64,000 nucleotides of DNA from NCBI GenBank assembly GCA_963813815.1, contig CAWFAD010000010.1, forward strand, positions 128,001 through 192,000, read 5' to 3'. Origin of the DNA: an uncultured bacterium. Its GTDB lineage: Bacteria; Krumholzibacteriota; Krumholzibacteriia; Krumholzibacteriales; Krumholzibacteriaceae. Of this stretch, positions 39,886-50,407 are shown piece after piece (position 1 is the stretch's first letter; each line of letters opens with the position of its first letter). Below the pieces are notes generated by a model that did not search any database, was not told the origin of the DNA, and worked only from the letters and a program-made list of their open reading frames with translations. The position numbers and the translations under genes are program-made.

Positions 39886-41208
39886 ATGCCCGTGAAGCTG
39901 TCTCAAGAAGAGCTGCTCATCATCAACCTCCTTCTGCGGATCGCGGTCATGGCCGGCATCGCGAGTCTCGTGCTCGGGTTCCGGTTCGCCGCCGATCTCC
40001 TCATGCGGGGTTCGGTATCCGTGGCGGCGCGGGTGCGGCTCGGGGCGGTGTTCGCCGCGGTGTTCATCGTCGGGATCCTCGTTCGCAAGCTCACCAATCA
40101 GGGGGCGATGGATCTGTCGCTCGAGGGAGCGCTCTTCGCCGGTTTTCTCGGGGGCGTCTGGGTCGGGACGGGGGTCGGCGCCGCGATCGGAGCGGTCTGT
40201 TACCTCATCGGCGAGCCGGCGGCCCTGCCGTTCTATACCGCGGCGGGGCTCTCGAGCGGGCTCCTCGTATCGACGCTCGGACGGAGCGGCGAGATCTGGA
40301 ACTACTCGCTCAACCCCCTCTCGATCGTCTACAGCTTCATCGAACGCCTCTGGCGCCGGAGCCTCGACCGCAACTTCATTCCTTTCGCGCTGCTGCTCGC
40401 CTTTACGGCCGCCCGCTACCGTCTCCTCGAGCGGATGCGCGGGCGCGATCTGCTCTACGGCTTTCTGCCGCAGAACGGCTTCACGCTCGTTCTCGAGGTC
40501 GTCGCCATCATCTACACGCTCGGCATCGCGCTGAAGCTCGCGAGCAACACGCGGCTCGAGCTCCAGCTGCGCGAGGAGGAGCGCCAGCTCATGCACGCGC
40601 GGCTTGTCACGCTGCGCAGCCAGATCAATCCTCATTTTCTGTTCAACACGCTCAACTCGATTTCGGCCCTCATCCGCACCGACGCCGAAAAGGCGCGGGA
40701 GATGACCCGGCGCCTCGCCGCGATCTTCCGCAAAGCGCTCGACGACTCGAACGACCTGCACGCTCTCCGGGACGAGCTCGCTTTCATCGACGACTACCTT
40801 TCGATCGAGCGCGTGCGTTTCGGCGACGAAAGACTCCGCGTGATCAAGGAGATCGACCCCGCCGCGCTCGATGCGCCGGTGCCGGTCATGATCCTGCAGC
40901 CGCTCGTCGAGAACGCCGTCAAGCACGGGATTTCGCGGCGGCAGGACGGCGGCGTCATCCGCATCGCCGCCCGTCCGGGGGCGAAGGGCGTCGAGATCGA
41001 GATCGAGAACGACGGCCCGCCCGTCGTCGATTGCGCGCTCGAGACGCTGCTCGCCCGGGGGCTCGGCCTGCGGAACGTGGTCGAGCGTCTGAACCTCCTC
41101 ACCTGCGGCGAGGGGCGCTTCGCCATTTCGCCGCGCGCGGGCGGGGGCGCCGTGGTGCGGCTCTCCATTCTCCCGCCGCCCGGAAGGAGCGTGGCACCGT
41201 GCCGATGA
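39886..41208 (+). CDS. LytS/YehU family sensor histidine kinase
   Basis: Multi-TM N-terminus; LRSQINPHFLFNTLN and LQPLVENAVKHG motifs. Confidence 0.9.
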   Translation: MPVKLSQEELLIINLLLRIAVMAGIASLVLGFRFAADLLMRGSVSVAARVRLGAVFAAVFIVGILVRKLTNQGAMDLSLEGALFAGFLGGVWVGTGVGAAIGAVCYLIGEPAALPFYTAAGLSSGLLVSTLGRSGEIWNYSLNPLSIVYSFIERLWRRSLDRNFIPFALLLAFTAARYRLLERMRGRDLLYGFLPQNGFTLVLEVVAIIYTLGIALKLASNTRLELQLREEERQLMHARLVTLRSQINPHFLFNTLNSISALIRTDAEKAREMTRRLAAIFRKALDDSNDLHALRDELAFIDDYLSIERVRFGDERLRVIKEIDPAALDAPVPVMILQPLVENAVKHGISRRQDGGVIRIAARPGAKGVEIEIENDGPPVVDCALETLLARGLGLRNVVERLNLLTCGEGRFAISPRAGGGAVVRLSILPPPGRSVAPCR

Positions 41209-41972
41209 AAACGTTGATTGTCGACGACGAGCAACTCGCCCGGGACGAGATGCGCTTTCTCCTCGCCGGCGAGAAGGACGTCGAGATCGTCGGGGAGGCG
41301 GCCGGCGGCCGCGAGGCGATCGCCCTCGTGCGCGAAAAACGTCCCGAGCTCGTCTTTCTCGACATCCAGATGCCGGAGGTGGACGGTTTTCGGGTGGTCA
41401 AGGCGCTCATCGACGACGGGGATCCTCCGCTCGTCGTATTCGCGACGGCCTACGACCAGTATGCAATCAGGGCGTTCGAGGTGAACGCGCTCGATTACCT
41501 GCTCAAGCCGATCGACCGCCAGCGCCTCGCTTCCGCGCTCGAAAGAGCGCGGAGGGCGATGCCGCGGCGCGAGGAGTTCGCGAAGCGGCTCCGCAACCTC
41601 ACGGGGAGCATTCGCATCGGCACGACCTTTCTGCCGCGCCTCGTCGTTACGAGCGGCGGCGAGCCTTCCCTCGTCGAGGTCGAGAACGTCGCCATGCTGC
41701 ATCGCGAGGGGCCGCGCGTCACGGCCTTCACGGCGGACGGAAAATACCCGACGAGCTACCGGGATCTCGACGAAATCGAGGTGCAGGTCGATCCGGCCAT
41801 CTTCGTGCGGCTCGGATCGGATTACCTCGTCAACATTCGTCGCATCGCGGACGTCGTTCCATGGACGGGCGGCAATTTCATGATGGCCCTCGACGACGCG
41901 GACCGCACCGAGGTTCGTCTCAATCGCTCGCAGGCGAAGCTGCTCAGAAGCAAGGCCGACCGGCTCTTCTGA
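41205..41972 (+). CDS. LytTR family response regulator
   Basis: IVDDE.LAR, FLDIQMP and TAYDQYAI.AFEVNALDYLLKP; LytTR-like C-terminus. Confidence 0.9.
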   Translation: MKTLIVDDEQLARDEMRFLLAGEKDVEIVGEAAGGREAIALVREKRPELVFLDIQMPEVDGFRVVKALIDDGDPPLVVFATAYDQYAIRAFEVNALDYLLKPIDRQRLASALERARRAMPRREEFAKRLRNLTGSIRIGTTFLPRLVVTSGGEPSLVEVENVAMLHREGPRVTAFTADGKYPTSYRDLDEIEVQVDPAIFVRLGSDYLVNIRRIADVVPWTGGNFMMALDDADRTEVRLNRSQAKLLRSKADRLF

Positions 41973-41988
41973 CGGCGAGGAGGACGGG

Positions 41989-43368
41989 ATGGTTCGCGAA
42001 TACGATATTCTCGTGCTCGGCGGGGGGCCGGCGGGGTATCCCGCGGCGATCCGCGCGGCGCAGCTCGGCGCGCGCGTCTGCCTCGTCGAGCGCGGACCGC
42101 TCGGCGGCACCTGCCTCAACTGGGGTTGCATCCCGACGAAGGCTCTCCAGGCCTCGGCCCACCTCGTCGAGGGCGCGCGCTCGGCCCGGGAGGCGGGGAT
42201 CGCGCGCGGAGGGATCACGATCGACGCGCCGGGGCTTTTCGCGAACAAGACGCGCGTCGTCGGGGAGCTCGTCTCGGGGATCGAGAAGCTGCTCCGGGCG
42301 AGGCGGATCGACGTGCTTCGCGGCGAGGGGCGCGTCACGCGGGAGCTCGAGGTCGACGTCGAGGGCGCGGGCCGGGCGAAGGCGCCGCGGATCGTCATCG
42401 CGACGGGTTCGTCGGAGGCGGCGCTCCCGCCGGTCCCCTTCGACGGAAAGCGCATCCTCTCGAGCAAGGATATCCTCGATCTGGGACGAGTTCCGGAGAG
42501 CCTCCTCGTCGTCGGAGGCGGGGTCATCGGTTGCGAGTTCGCGACGATCTTCAACGCCTTCGGCTCGAAGGTCACGATCGTCGAGATGCTGCCGGGGCTC
42601 GTCGCGACCGAGGACGCCCAGATCGCCCGGACGCTGCAGATGCTGCTTCGGAAAAAGGGGATCGATCTCCATCTCGGCGTGCGGGTCGTCTCCGCGCGGA
42701 CGACGGACACGGGAGTCGTCTCCACGCTCGAGAACGGGACGGAGATCGCTTCCGAGGTCGTGCTCGTATCGGTCGGCAGGAGGCCGAGCTGGGTCGGATC
42801 CGGCGTCGAGGCGCTCGGCATCGACGCGGACGAGCGCACCGGAATCAAAGTCAACGCGCGTATGGAGACGTCGCGCCCCGGCGTGTACGCCGCGGGCGAC
42901 GTCACCGGCGGCTATCTCCTCGCCCACGTCGCCACGCGCGAGGGGATCGTCGCGGCCGAGAACTCGCTCGGGCACGCCCGGGAGATCCGGTACGACGCCG
43001 TTCCCTCGACGATCTACACGCTTCCCGAGATATCGCACGTCGGCCTCACGGAGGAAGAGGCGAAGAGGCGCGGCGAGAAGATCGCGACGGGCCGGTTCCC
43101 CTTCGCCGCGAGCGGCAAGGCGAAGGGTCTCGGCGAGGAGGATGGTTTCGTCAAGTGGGTCGCCCGGGAGGAGGACCGGCGGCTGCTCGGCGTGCATATC
43201 ATCGGCCCCTCGGCGACGGAGCTCGTCGCGAGCGCGATCGTGGCGCTCGACGCGGGCCTCACCGCCGAACGGTTCGCGGAATCGATCTTTCCGCATCCGA
43301 CCCTGTCGGAGACGCTCGCCGGCGCGGCGGAGGCAATGAACGGCCGCGCCATCGATCTCCTGAAATGA
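41989..43368 (+). CDS. lpdA: Dihydrolipoyl dehydrogenase
   Basis: GGGPAGY, GGTCLNWGCIPTK, ATGS, GGGVIGCE, LAH.A and HPTLSE motifs. Confidence 0.93.
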   Translation: MVREYDILVLGGGPAGYPAAIRAAQLGARVCLVERGPLGGTCLNWGCIPTKALQASAHLVEGARSAREAGIARGGITIDAPGLFANKTRVVGELVSGIEKLLRARRIDVLRGEGRVTRELEVDVEGAGRAKAPRIVIATGSSEAALPPVPFDGKRILSSKDILDLGRVPESLLVVGGGVIGCEFATIFNAFGSKVTIVEMLPGLVATEDAQIARTLQMLLRKKGIDLHLGVRVVSARTTDTGVVSTLENGTEIASEVVLVSVGRRPSWVGSGVEALGIDADERTGIKVNARMETSRPGVYAAGDVTGGYLLAHVATREGIVAAENSLGHAREIRYDAVPSTIYTLPEISHVGLTEEEAKRRGEKIATGRFPFAASGKAKGLGEEDGFVKWVAREEDRRLLGVHIIGPSATELVASAIVALDAGLTAERFAESIFPHPTLSETLAGAAEAMNGRAIDLLK

Positions 43369-43397
43369 TTCTGTCGGCCCTCGATGGAGGTTTCACC

Positions 43398-46058
43398 ATG
43401 AAGCGAACGAGCACGCCGTTGCCCCTCCGCAGGCCGTTTCTCCGGAGCCGCGCGCGGCCTCCGGCGTCGGCCGCGCTGGCGCTCGCGATCCTGTGTCTCT
43501 CGGCGTCCGCCGTCCCTCCGGGATCGACGAACGCCGCCGAGGCGGCCTCGCGCGGCGGCGGCCCCGAGATCATCCACCTCGGAGGCGGGAGCGCGGATGC
43601 CGTGTGCGTCGCCGTCGCCGTGCCCGTCGGCTCGGCCGACGAGCCGCCGGGGATGCGCGGCGCGTGCCATCTCGTCGAGCACCTCGTGTTCGACGGCTCG
43701 GAGCGTTTTTCGCGCGAGGAGATGAGCCGGTGGGTCGACGACACCGGCTCGTTTCTCAACGCCTTCACCCGCAAGGAGACGACGGTTTATTTTCTCGTCA
43801 CCGCTCCGGCCCGCCTCGAGGAGGGGATCGAGATTCTCTCGCAGATGCTGCTTCACTCGGTGTTTCCGGCCGCCGAGATCGAGAAGGAACGCTCGGTGAT
43901 TCTCGAGGAGCTGCGGCGCGAGGCGGACGACCCGCGCTCCTCGCGGGAGCGCGGCGTCGAGCGCGCACTCTACCGGGGGTCGGCGCTTGCGGAGCCGATC
44001 AGCGGCTATCCGTCCTCCATCGAGGCGATGAACGCCGCCGACGTCGAGGCGTTTTACCGGCGCCGCTACGATCCCGCCGCGATGCGGATCGTGCTCATGG
44101 GCGGATACGATCTCGAGCGGGCAACGGGGCTCGTGAGAGACTATTTCGGCGGGCCGCCCCGCCGTTCGTCCGGCTCGCCGATCGCCTCCGCCGCCGGGAG
44201 CGGCCGAGGTCCCGGCGGCGAGCCCGCCGTTCCGCGCTGGGGAAACGAGATCGTCGCGAGGAATCTTCCCGGGGAGGCTGCGGGGTTCGATATGATCGTG
44301 AGGCTCCCGGCCGTTCCGGAGAGCGATTTCCCCGCGGCGCTCGTCGTCTCGCGGCTGCTCGAGAGCGAGGATTCCCCGCTCGCGCGCGCCCTCGCCGCCC
44401 GGTCGCTTCCCGCTCCCGAGACGGGCCTCGAGATCGCCGGCGGTTTCTCCGCGCTCAGAATTCACGTCGCCTGTCCCGACAGCCTCGCCGGAGCCTGCGG
44501 GGAGGTGCCCGCCCTCGTCCGCGCTCTCGCGGATTGGAGGCCGGATCCGGCGTCGGTCGAAAAGGCGAAAACGTCGTTTCTCTCCTCCGAGGCGCTCGAC
44601 CGGGAGATGTTTCATTTCTACGTCATGGCGCGCGGGGAGGCGATCGCGCTTCACGGCGAGCGCTACCTCGAGCAGGTTTCGGACGGGGTGGCGCGGGTGG
44701 GCGCGAAGGATTGCGCCCGCGTTCTCGAGAAATGCTTTCGCGAGCCGAGGTGGAACGCCTGTCTCGTCAACGCCCCCGAGAGGAGCGGCCCGCCTCGCGG
44801 GGCCGCGGCGGAGGCGGGCGCGGTCGAAACGCTTCCCGGAGGAGGCGTGGCGGCCGCGTCGAGGCGGCCCGGCTCTTCCGCGGCGGCGGTGCACCTCGCC
44901 TTTCGCGGGCGGGCGTGCGCGGTGGACGGACGGGCGCCCGGGCTCGTCGAGCTTCTCATGACCGTTCTCGAAATGTCCCCCGCCGGGAAGGCGCTCGTGC
45001 GGGATCTCGAGGCGCTCGGCGCCCGAGTGGCTTTCGGCGACAATCCCTACGTGCCGCAGGACGATTACCTCCTGAGCCCCGCGTTCGCGTTCATCAGGCT
45101 CGAGGCGCCGGCGGCCCGTATCGCCGAAGCGGCCCGTCTTCTCGGGAGGTTCCTTACAGCGGACGCCGTCTCGGACGAAGCCCTTGCCGAGGCGCGCGCA
45201 GCGCTCATGGGGGAGCTCGGGATGCGGAGCGGCTCCCCCTTCTACATGATGCGGGGATCCATGATGAAGGCGCTCTTCGCGGATCATCCCTTCGCGTCGC
45301 CGGTGTTCCCGCCCCCTCCCTCCATGGCGGGAGCGACCGCGGACGATCTGCGATCGCTGCGCGCGCGATTCTTCGCCCAGGGGAACGTCGTGGCGACGAT
45401 CGTTTCCCCGCACGGCGGAGAGGAGGCGCGCTCGATCCTCGAGGGGCTCGTGGAGGGTTTGCCGCCCGGCCCTGCCATTGAGTGCCCCGCGCTTCCCGAC
45501 GCGGCCGCGCCGGGCCTCGTCGAGAAAAAAACCCGCAAGGAAGGCGCCTATCTCGCCGCCTGCTGGCTCGTCCGGAGCGCCTCGCCGGCGGAGACGGCCG
45601 CCGCGATGGTGGCGGGGGAGATTCTCGGGCGGAGGATGCAGCTGGTGCTCCGCGAGAAGCTCGGTCTCGCCTACTCGATCGACTGCGGCGTGTCGCCGCT
45701 TCCGGGAGGCGCCGTGATTATGGCCTATCTCGGCACCGGAGCGGGACGCCTCGACGAGGCGAGGGCGGCGCTCGAGGGAGAGATCCGGGGGCTCGCGGCC
45801 CGGTCTCCCGGAGACGAGGAGATCGCGATCGCGAGGAACCGCCTGCTCGGGCGGCGCTCGAGGAGCGAGCTTTCGAGCGTCAACGGCGCGTACGCGCTCG
45901 GCCTCGATATCGTGCTCGGGGACGCCGCCGAGCCTGCGGCGCTCGCCTCCGCGATCGCGGCAACGCCCCGTGGATCAGTCGTCGCCGTCATCAAACGCTC
46001 GTTCGTCTGGGAGCGGGCGGTCGAGATCCGCCTCGTTCCCGAGAAGCAGTCGCCTTAG
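43398..46058 (+). CDS. Secreted M16 (pitrilysin) family peptidase
   Basis: Signal peptide; HLVEH (HxxEH), NAFT and EKERSVILEE; second inactive half with LREKLGLAY. Confidence 0.85.
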   Translation: MKRTSTPLPLRRPFLRSRARPPASAALALAILCLSASAVPPGSTNAAEAASRGGGPEIIHLGGGSADAVCVAVAVPVGSADEPPGMRGACHLVEHLVFDGSERFSREEMSRWVDDTGSFLNAFTRKETTVYFLVTAPARLEEGIEILSQMLLHSVFPAAEIEKERSVILEELRREADDPRSSRERGVERALYRGSALAEPISGYPSSIEAMNAADVEAFYRRRYDPAAMRIVLMGGYDLERATGLVRDYFGGPPRRSSGSPIASAAGSGRGPGGEPAVPRWGNEIVARNLPGEAAGFDMIVRLPAVPESDFPAALVVSRLLESEDSPLARALAARSLPAPETGLEIAGGFSALRIHVACPDSLAGACGEVPALVRALADWRPDPASVEKAKTSFLSSEALDREMFHFYVMARGEAIALHGERYLEQVSDGVARVGAKDCARVLEKCFREPRWNACLVNAPERSGPPRGAAAEAGAVETLPGGGVAAASRRPGSSAAAVHLAFRGRACAVDGRAPGLVELLMTVLEMSPAGKALVRDLEALGARVAFGDNPYVPQDDYLLSPAFAFIRLEAPAARIAEAARLLGRFLTADAVSDEALAEARAALMGELGMRSGSPFYMMRGSMMKALFADHPFASPVFPPPPSMAGATADDLRSLRARFFAQGNVVATIVSPHGGEEARSILEGLVEGLPPGPAIECPALPDAAAPGLVEKKTRKEGAYLAACWLVRSASPAETAAAMVAGEILGRRMQLVLREKLGLAYSIDCGVSPLPGGAVIMAYLGTGAGRLDEARAALEGEIRGLAARSPGDEEIAIARNRLLGRRSRSELSSVNGAYALGLDIVLGDAAEPAALASAIAATPRGSVVAVIKRSFVWERAVEIRLVPEKQSP

Positions 46059-46181
46059 CGCTCCGCCGCTTCGGGCGCGTTTCACTGCGCTTCGCGGCCC
46101 TGAATACTGTTGACGCGGCGGGACAGGACGGGCTATGAATGGCGCAAGGATAAGCGGAAAGAGGACGCATGGGGGGGGAGA

Positions 46182-46355
46182 ATGGCATACGAAATAACCG
46201 GTGATTGCATCTCCTGCGGGGCCTGCCAGGCGGAGTGCCCCGTCGAGGTGATCACGCAGTCGGCGGACACGTACGTCATCGACGCCGACCTGTGCACCGA
46301 CTGCGGCGTCTGCGAGACCGTCTGCCCGGTGGGCGCCGTGCGGAAGGTCGGGTAG
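46182..46355 (+). CDS. 2[4Fe-4S] ferredoxin
   Basis: CISCGACQAECP and CTDCGVCETVCP; upstream TTGACG-18 nt-TATGAA. Confidence 0.93.
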   Translation: MAYEITGDCISCGACQAECPVEVITQSADTYVIDADLCTDCGVCETVCPVGAVRKVG

Positions 46356-46398
46356 CGCGCGGCCGCCTCGGACGGCCGCGGGAGAAAGAGAGCGCGTC

Positions 46399-47451
46399 GT
46401 GGAGGAGAAGCTTCGGCTGACCGCCATGGCTTCCTGCGCGGGTTGAGCGGCCAAGCTCAGCCCAACGGAGTTGTGGCCGGTTCTCGAACGTCTTCCCCCG
46501 CAGAGTCATCCCGCCGTCATCGTCGGCACGAATCAGGCGGATGACAGCGCGGTCGTGCGCCTCTCGGACGACATCGCGCTCGTTCTCACGCTCGATTTTT
46601 TCCCCGCCATCGTGGACGATCCGTACACCTTCGGCCAGATCGCGGCCGCGAACGCTCTGAGCGATGTGTACGCCATGGGCGGGAAACCCATCACGGCGCT
46701 CAATATCGTGTCGTTCCCCGAAGGAAAGCTGCCGCTCGACGTGCTCGCCGAGATGCTCCGCGGCGGCGCCGACAAGGTGAACGAAGCGGGGGCGGTCATC
46801 GTCGGCGGGCATACGATCCGCGGGAGCGAGGTCGTGTACGGCCTCTCCGCGGTCGGGCTCGTCCATCCGGAGAGAATCCTGAAGAAGCAAGGGATCGAGA
46901 ACGGGGATCTTCTCGTTCTCACGAAGCCGCTCGGGACGGGCATCTACTCGACGGCCCTCAAGAACGGCGCGCTCGGGGCCGCTCGCGAGAAGCTCTTTTA
47001 CGCCGCCATGTCGACCCTGAACCGCGCCGCGGCGGAAGGCCTGCACGATTTCGGCGCGCATGCCTGCACCGACATCACGGGCTTCGGTTTTCTCGGCCAC
47101 GCGCTCGAGATGGCCCGCGCCTCGAACGTGAGCCTGCGGTTCGACGCGGCCGCGCTGCCGCTGCTGCCGGACGTCGTGGATCTCGTGGGACGGGGGTTCC
47201 TCACGGGGGGCGGCATGTCGAACCGGGAGTACGTAAAAGAGGAGCTCGCCGTCGAGGGAAAGCTGTCGGGCGAGCTCGAGATGATCCTCGTCGACCCTCA
47301 GACATCGGGCGGGCTTCTCGTCGCGCTCGCGCCCGATTCCGCCCGGCGCTACCTCGACGCCCTCGCGAAGCGGGGAGTGAGGGACGCGGCCGTCGTCGGC
47401 GAGGCGACCGCCCCCGAGGACAAGCGTCTCGTCGTCATGGCGCCCCGGTGA
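46399..47451 (+). CDS. selD: Selenide, water dikinase, Sec-containing (TGA 46444-46446, codon 16)
   Basis: RLTAMASCAG-TGA-AAKL in frame with DDSAV, DFF, NALSDVYAMGG, GGHT, TKPLGTG, TDITGFG and DPQTSGGLL. Confidence 0.95.
46460..46477 (+). promoter_or_regulatory. Putative SECIS of selD
   Basis: GCC-CAAC-[GGA]-GTTG-T(bulge)-GGC; loop begins 20 nt after the UGA. Confidence 0.65.
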
Positions 47452-47460
47452 TCCGTTCGC

Positions 47461-48033
47461 TCATCCGCCTTCTCGCGTGGCGCGCCGATCCGCTTCCTCC
47501 AGGCTCATGAGACAGCCGCAGTAGCTCTGGCGGGAGAGCCCGAGCTCGCGTGAGAGCTCGACGCTCTTCTTGAATCCGTCCCGTTTCTTGAAATCCTCCG
47601 CGAGAAAAGTTATGCCGTACGCGCGGGCCGCCTCCTCGCCGATCTCACTGATGCGCTCGAACACTTTGTGCGGGCTCACCGAGAGCGTGCTCGTAAAGAG
47701 CGGAATACCGAGCTCGGCCGCTTTGCGGGCCGACACGTCGAACCGGTGCCCGTAGCACCTCCAGCAGCGCTCGCTCCGCTCGGGCAGGGTCCGGTACGGC
47801 GAGATCTCCTTCCACCAGCGGAGCGTCCGGTAATCCCCCTCGATCAGCCGGACGCCGGCCCTCGCCGCGACGCGCCGCATCTCGTCGAGCCTCAGTCGAT
47901 ACTCGGATTCGGGATGGATGTTCGGATTGTAGAAGTAGGCCGTGACGTCGTATTCCGGTTCGAGGCGCGCGAGCACGTGGCTCGAGCACGAGGCGCAGCA
48001 CGTGTGAACGAGGATCGATTGCCGGTGGGCCAT
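47461..48033 (-). CDS. queH: Epoxyqueuosine reductase (DUF208)
   Basis: HTCCASCS, YNPNIHP..EY..R, ERCWRCY, SPHK and Q.YCGC motifs. Confidence 0.9.
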   Translation of the reverse strand: MAHRQSILVHTCCASCSSHVLARLEPEYDVTAYFYNPNIHPESEYRLRLDEMRRVAARAGVRLIEGDYRTLRWWKEISPYRTLPERSERCWRCYGHRFDVSARKAAELGIPLFTSTLSVSPHKVFERISEIGEEAARAYGITFLAEDFKKRDGFKKSVELSRELGLSRQSYCGCLMSLEEADRRATREGG

Positions 48034-48036
48034 GGT

Positions 48037-49368
48037 TCAGCGGGAGGCGCCCCGCGCGGCGGGCGCGTCCCCTTGGGATCGCTCGGCGCCGTCCGGGGGC
48101 GCGGAGCCGGAAGCGAGAACGCCCGTATCCCCGGCCGTTTCGATGCTCGAGAGGCGCGAGAGATTCCGGTCGCGCAGATCGATGAACGACGCCATGCGCT
48201 CCACGGATACCGGCGCGGCGGGAGGAAGCGAGATCGTTCTCGGGTTCACGAACCTAACTCCCTTCATCACGCGGTAATCGAGGTGGGGCCCGGTCGCGTA
48301 TCCGGTCGATCCGACGTGGCCGATGATCTGTCCCTGATTCACGTGGACGCCCGCGTGGATCCCCTTCCCGAAGCGCGAGAGATGAAGGTAGTACGTTATA
48401 TAGCCGTTCGGGTGCTTGATCTTGACGTAGTTGCCGTTTCCGCCCTTGCGCTCCGCCGCTATGACGGTGCCGTTGCCGGTCGCCATGACGGGAGTGCCGG
48501 CCGGAGCCGCGTAGTCGATGCCGTAGTGCGGCGCGTAGTGATGGAGAACGGGATGAAAACGGCGGCGGCTGAAGCTCGAGCTGATGCGGGTGTAGGAGAG
48601 GGGAGCCCGCAGGAGCTGCTTGCGGAGGGATTTGCCGTTCTCGTCGAAGTAATCGGCCCCCTGGCCGTCATTGTCGAACATAAAGGCGTAGTGGCTCTTG
48701 CCCCTCGCGTAGAACTCGGCGCCGACGATGCGTCCGAGCTTCTTCAGCCCGTCGCGGCGGGTCTTCTCCTCGTAGATCATCCGGAAGTAGTCGCCGCGGC
48801 GCATGTCGTTGTGAAAGTCGATGTCCCACGCGAAGAGATCGACGAGCTTGTGGCCGAGCTCGGGAGATATCCCCCTCGAGTCGAGGCACCCGAAGAGGCT
48901 CGTCGTGATGGTTCCGCCGGCGGCGCGAAGCCGCACGTCGTACTCGTATTCCTTCTTCTCGGCCGATATGGCGCCGTCCCTGAAGCTGATGTCGATGTAG
49001 GCCTCGTCCCCGCGCTCAGAGAACCGCATGCTCTCGACGCTGCCGTCCTTGGCTGCGAACACTTCGTAGCGCTGCCCCGGATATATTCTCCTGAAATCGT
49101 AGACGTTACGAACGGCCTTCTCGATGAGCTTTATCGAGGGGGCGTCGAAGCCGAACTCGATCATGAGATCGTAGAAAGACATGTTCGCGGTGACGACGCC
49201 CTCGCGGGCGGGGAGGGGTCCGCCCTGGGCGGCCGGGGTCCCTTCGCCCGGGGCATCCTGCGCGGCGGGGTAGGCCAAACGCAAGAAATCGGGCTTCGCC
49301 GCGACGAGGAATAGGAGAATGATCGATCCGGCGAGGAGCACGATTGATTTTAATTTATCATTTTGCAT
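48037..49368 (-). CDS. M23 family murein DD-endopeptidase (MepM-like)
   Basis: N-terminal TM; WDIDF, ISS.F, HYGIDYAAP.GTPV, YLHLS and GSTGYATGPHLDY motifs. Confidence 0.9.
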   Translation of the reverse strand: MQNDKLKSIVLLAGSIILLFLVAAKPDFLRLAYPAAQDAPGEGTPAAQGGPLPAREGVVTANMSFYDLMIEFGFDAPSIKLIEKAVRNVYDFRRIYPGQRYEVFAAKDGSVESMRFSERGDEAYIDISFRDGAISAEKKEYEYDVRLRAAGGTITTSLFGCLDSRGISPELGHKLVDLFAWDIDFHNDMRRGDYFRMIYEEKTRRDGLKKLGRIVGAEFYARGKSHYAFMFDNDGQGADYFDENGKSLRKQLLRAPLSYTRISSSFSRRRFHPVLHHYAPHYGIDYAAPAGTPVMATGNGTVIAAERKGGNGNYVKIKHPNGYITYYLHLSRFGKGIHAGVHVNQGQIIGHVGSTGYATGPHLDYRVMKGVRFVNPRTISLPPAAPVSVERMASFIDLRDRNLSRLSSIETAGDTGVLASGSAPPDGAERSQGDAPAARGASR

Positions 49369-49564
49369 AGTCTTACCAGAATTTGCCGTAAAATAGCCCA
49401 TGCCCCGGAGCAGCGTCAAGAAAAACCATTCCCCGGCGGCAATATTTTTTTGCAAGAAGCAGGCCGAAGCGCGCGGTTTCATGCTATTCTCCCGGCGTGC
49501 GCCGGGAGGCGGCGCGCCGAGGATGCGGCGGACGCGGAGACGGGACGCCGCGGATTGGCGAGGC

Positions 49565-50395
49565 ATGTCCGGACGGAGCCCCGATATCAAGCGTGAGCTC
49601 GACGAGCTGAGAAGGAGAGCCGAGGGGGCGTTCGCCGCTCCGAGGATCCCCGTCGTCCCGGCCGCCGCGGTCCGTCTCGCGGAGGCGGTGCGCGGCGAGG
49701 AAACGGAGTCCGGTGAAGGAGCATTCTACCGCGTGCTCGCCGACGCGTCGGCCGTCTGGCCGGACGCGGCCGGCTTTCACCGCGAGTATCTCGAAGCGCT
49801 CGGGGCGCCGCTTTTCCGCTCGAGCGCGCCCTTCGTGGGGCTCCGGACCCTCAAGGAAACCGATCCCGGGAGAATCCTCTACCTCGACATCGAGACGACG
49901 GGCCTCGGCGCGGCGGCGCCGCTCTTTCTCGTCGGTCTCATGTACTCGAAGGGGGATCGTCTCGTCGTGGATCAGCTCTTCGCGCGCGATTACTCGGAGG
50001 AGAGCGCCGTGCTCGCTCATCTCGCCGGCGTCGCGCGCGGGTTCGAGGCGCTGGTGACCTATAACGGAATCTCCTTCGACGTGCCGTACATCCGCGACCG
50101 CTCGACGATACACCGGCTCGCGTTCGCGCCGCCCGGGGTCCACGTCGATCTCCTCCTCGTCGCCCGGTGCGTCGTCGGGAAGCGCACGCCGAACCACCGG
50201 CTCCAGACGCTCGAGACGCACCTCTGCAAGCGCAGGCGCGTGGGGGATATCAGCGGGGCCGAGATCCCGGGGGCCTACCACGAGTTCGTGCGAACGGGGA
50301 ACGCCAGGGATATCGCGAACATCATGCATCACAACCGGCTCGATCTCGTGACGATGCTTCAGCTCGTCACGATCTTCCTCTCGAGCGAATCCTGA
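49565..50395 (+). CDS. RNase H-like DEDD exonuclease (YprB/MrfB-like)
   Basis: YLDIETTG, TYNG.SFD.P, HVDL and HNRLD motifs. Confidence 0.85.
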   Translation: MSGRSPDIKRELDELRRRAEGAFAAPRIPVVPAAAVRLAEAVRGEETESGEGAFYRVLADASAVWPDAAGFHREYLEALGAPLFRSSAPFVGLRTLKETDPGRILYLDIETTGLGAAAPLFLVGLMYSKGDRLVVDQLFARDYSEESAVLAHLAGVARGFEALVTYNGISFDVPYIRDRSTIHRLAFAPPGVHVDLLLVARCVVGKRTPNHRLQTLETHLCKRRRVGDISGAEIPGAYHEFVRTGNARDIANIMHHNRLDLVTMLQLVTIFLSSES

Positions 50396-50407
50396 AAGGG
50401 AGCGGCC

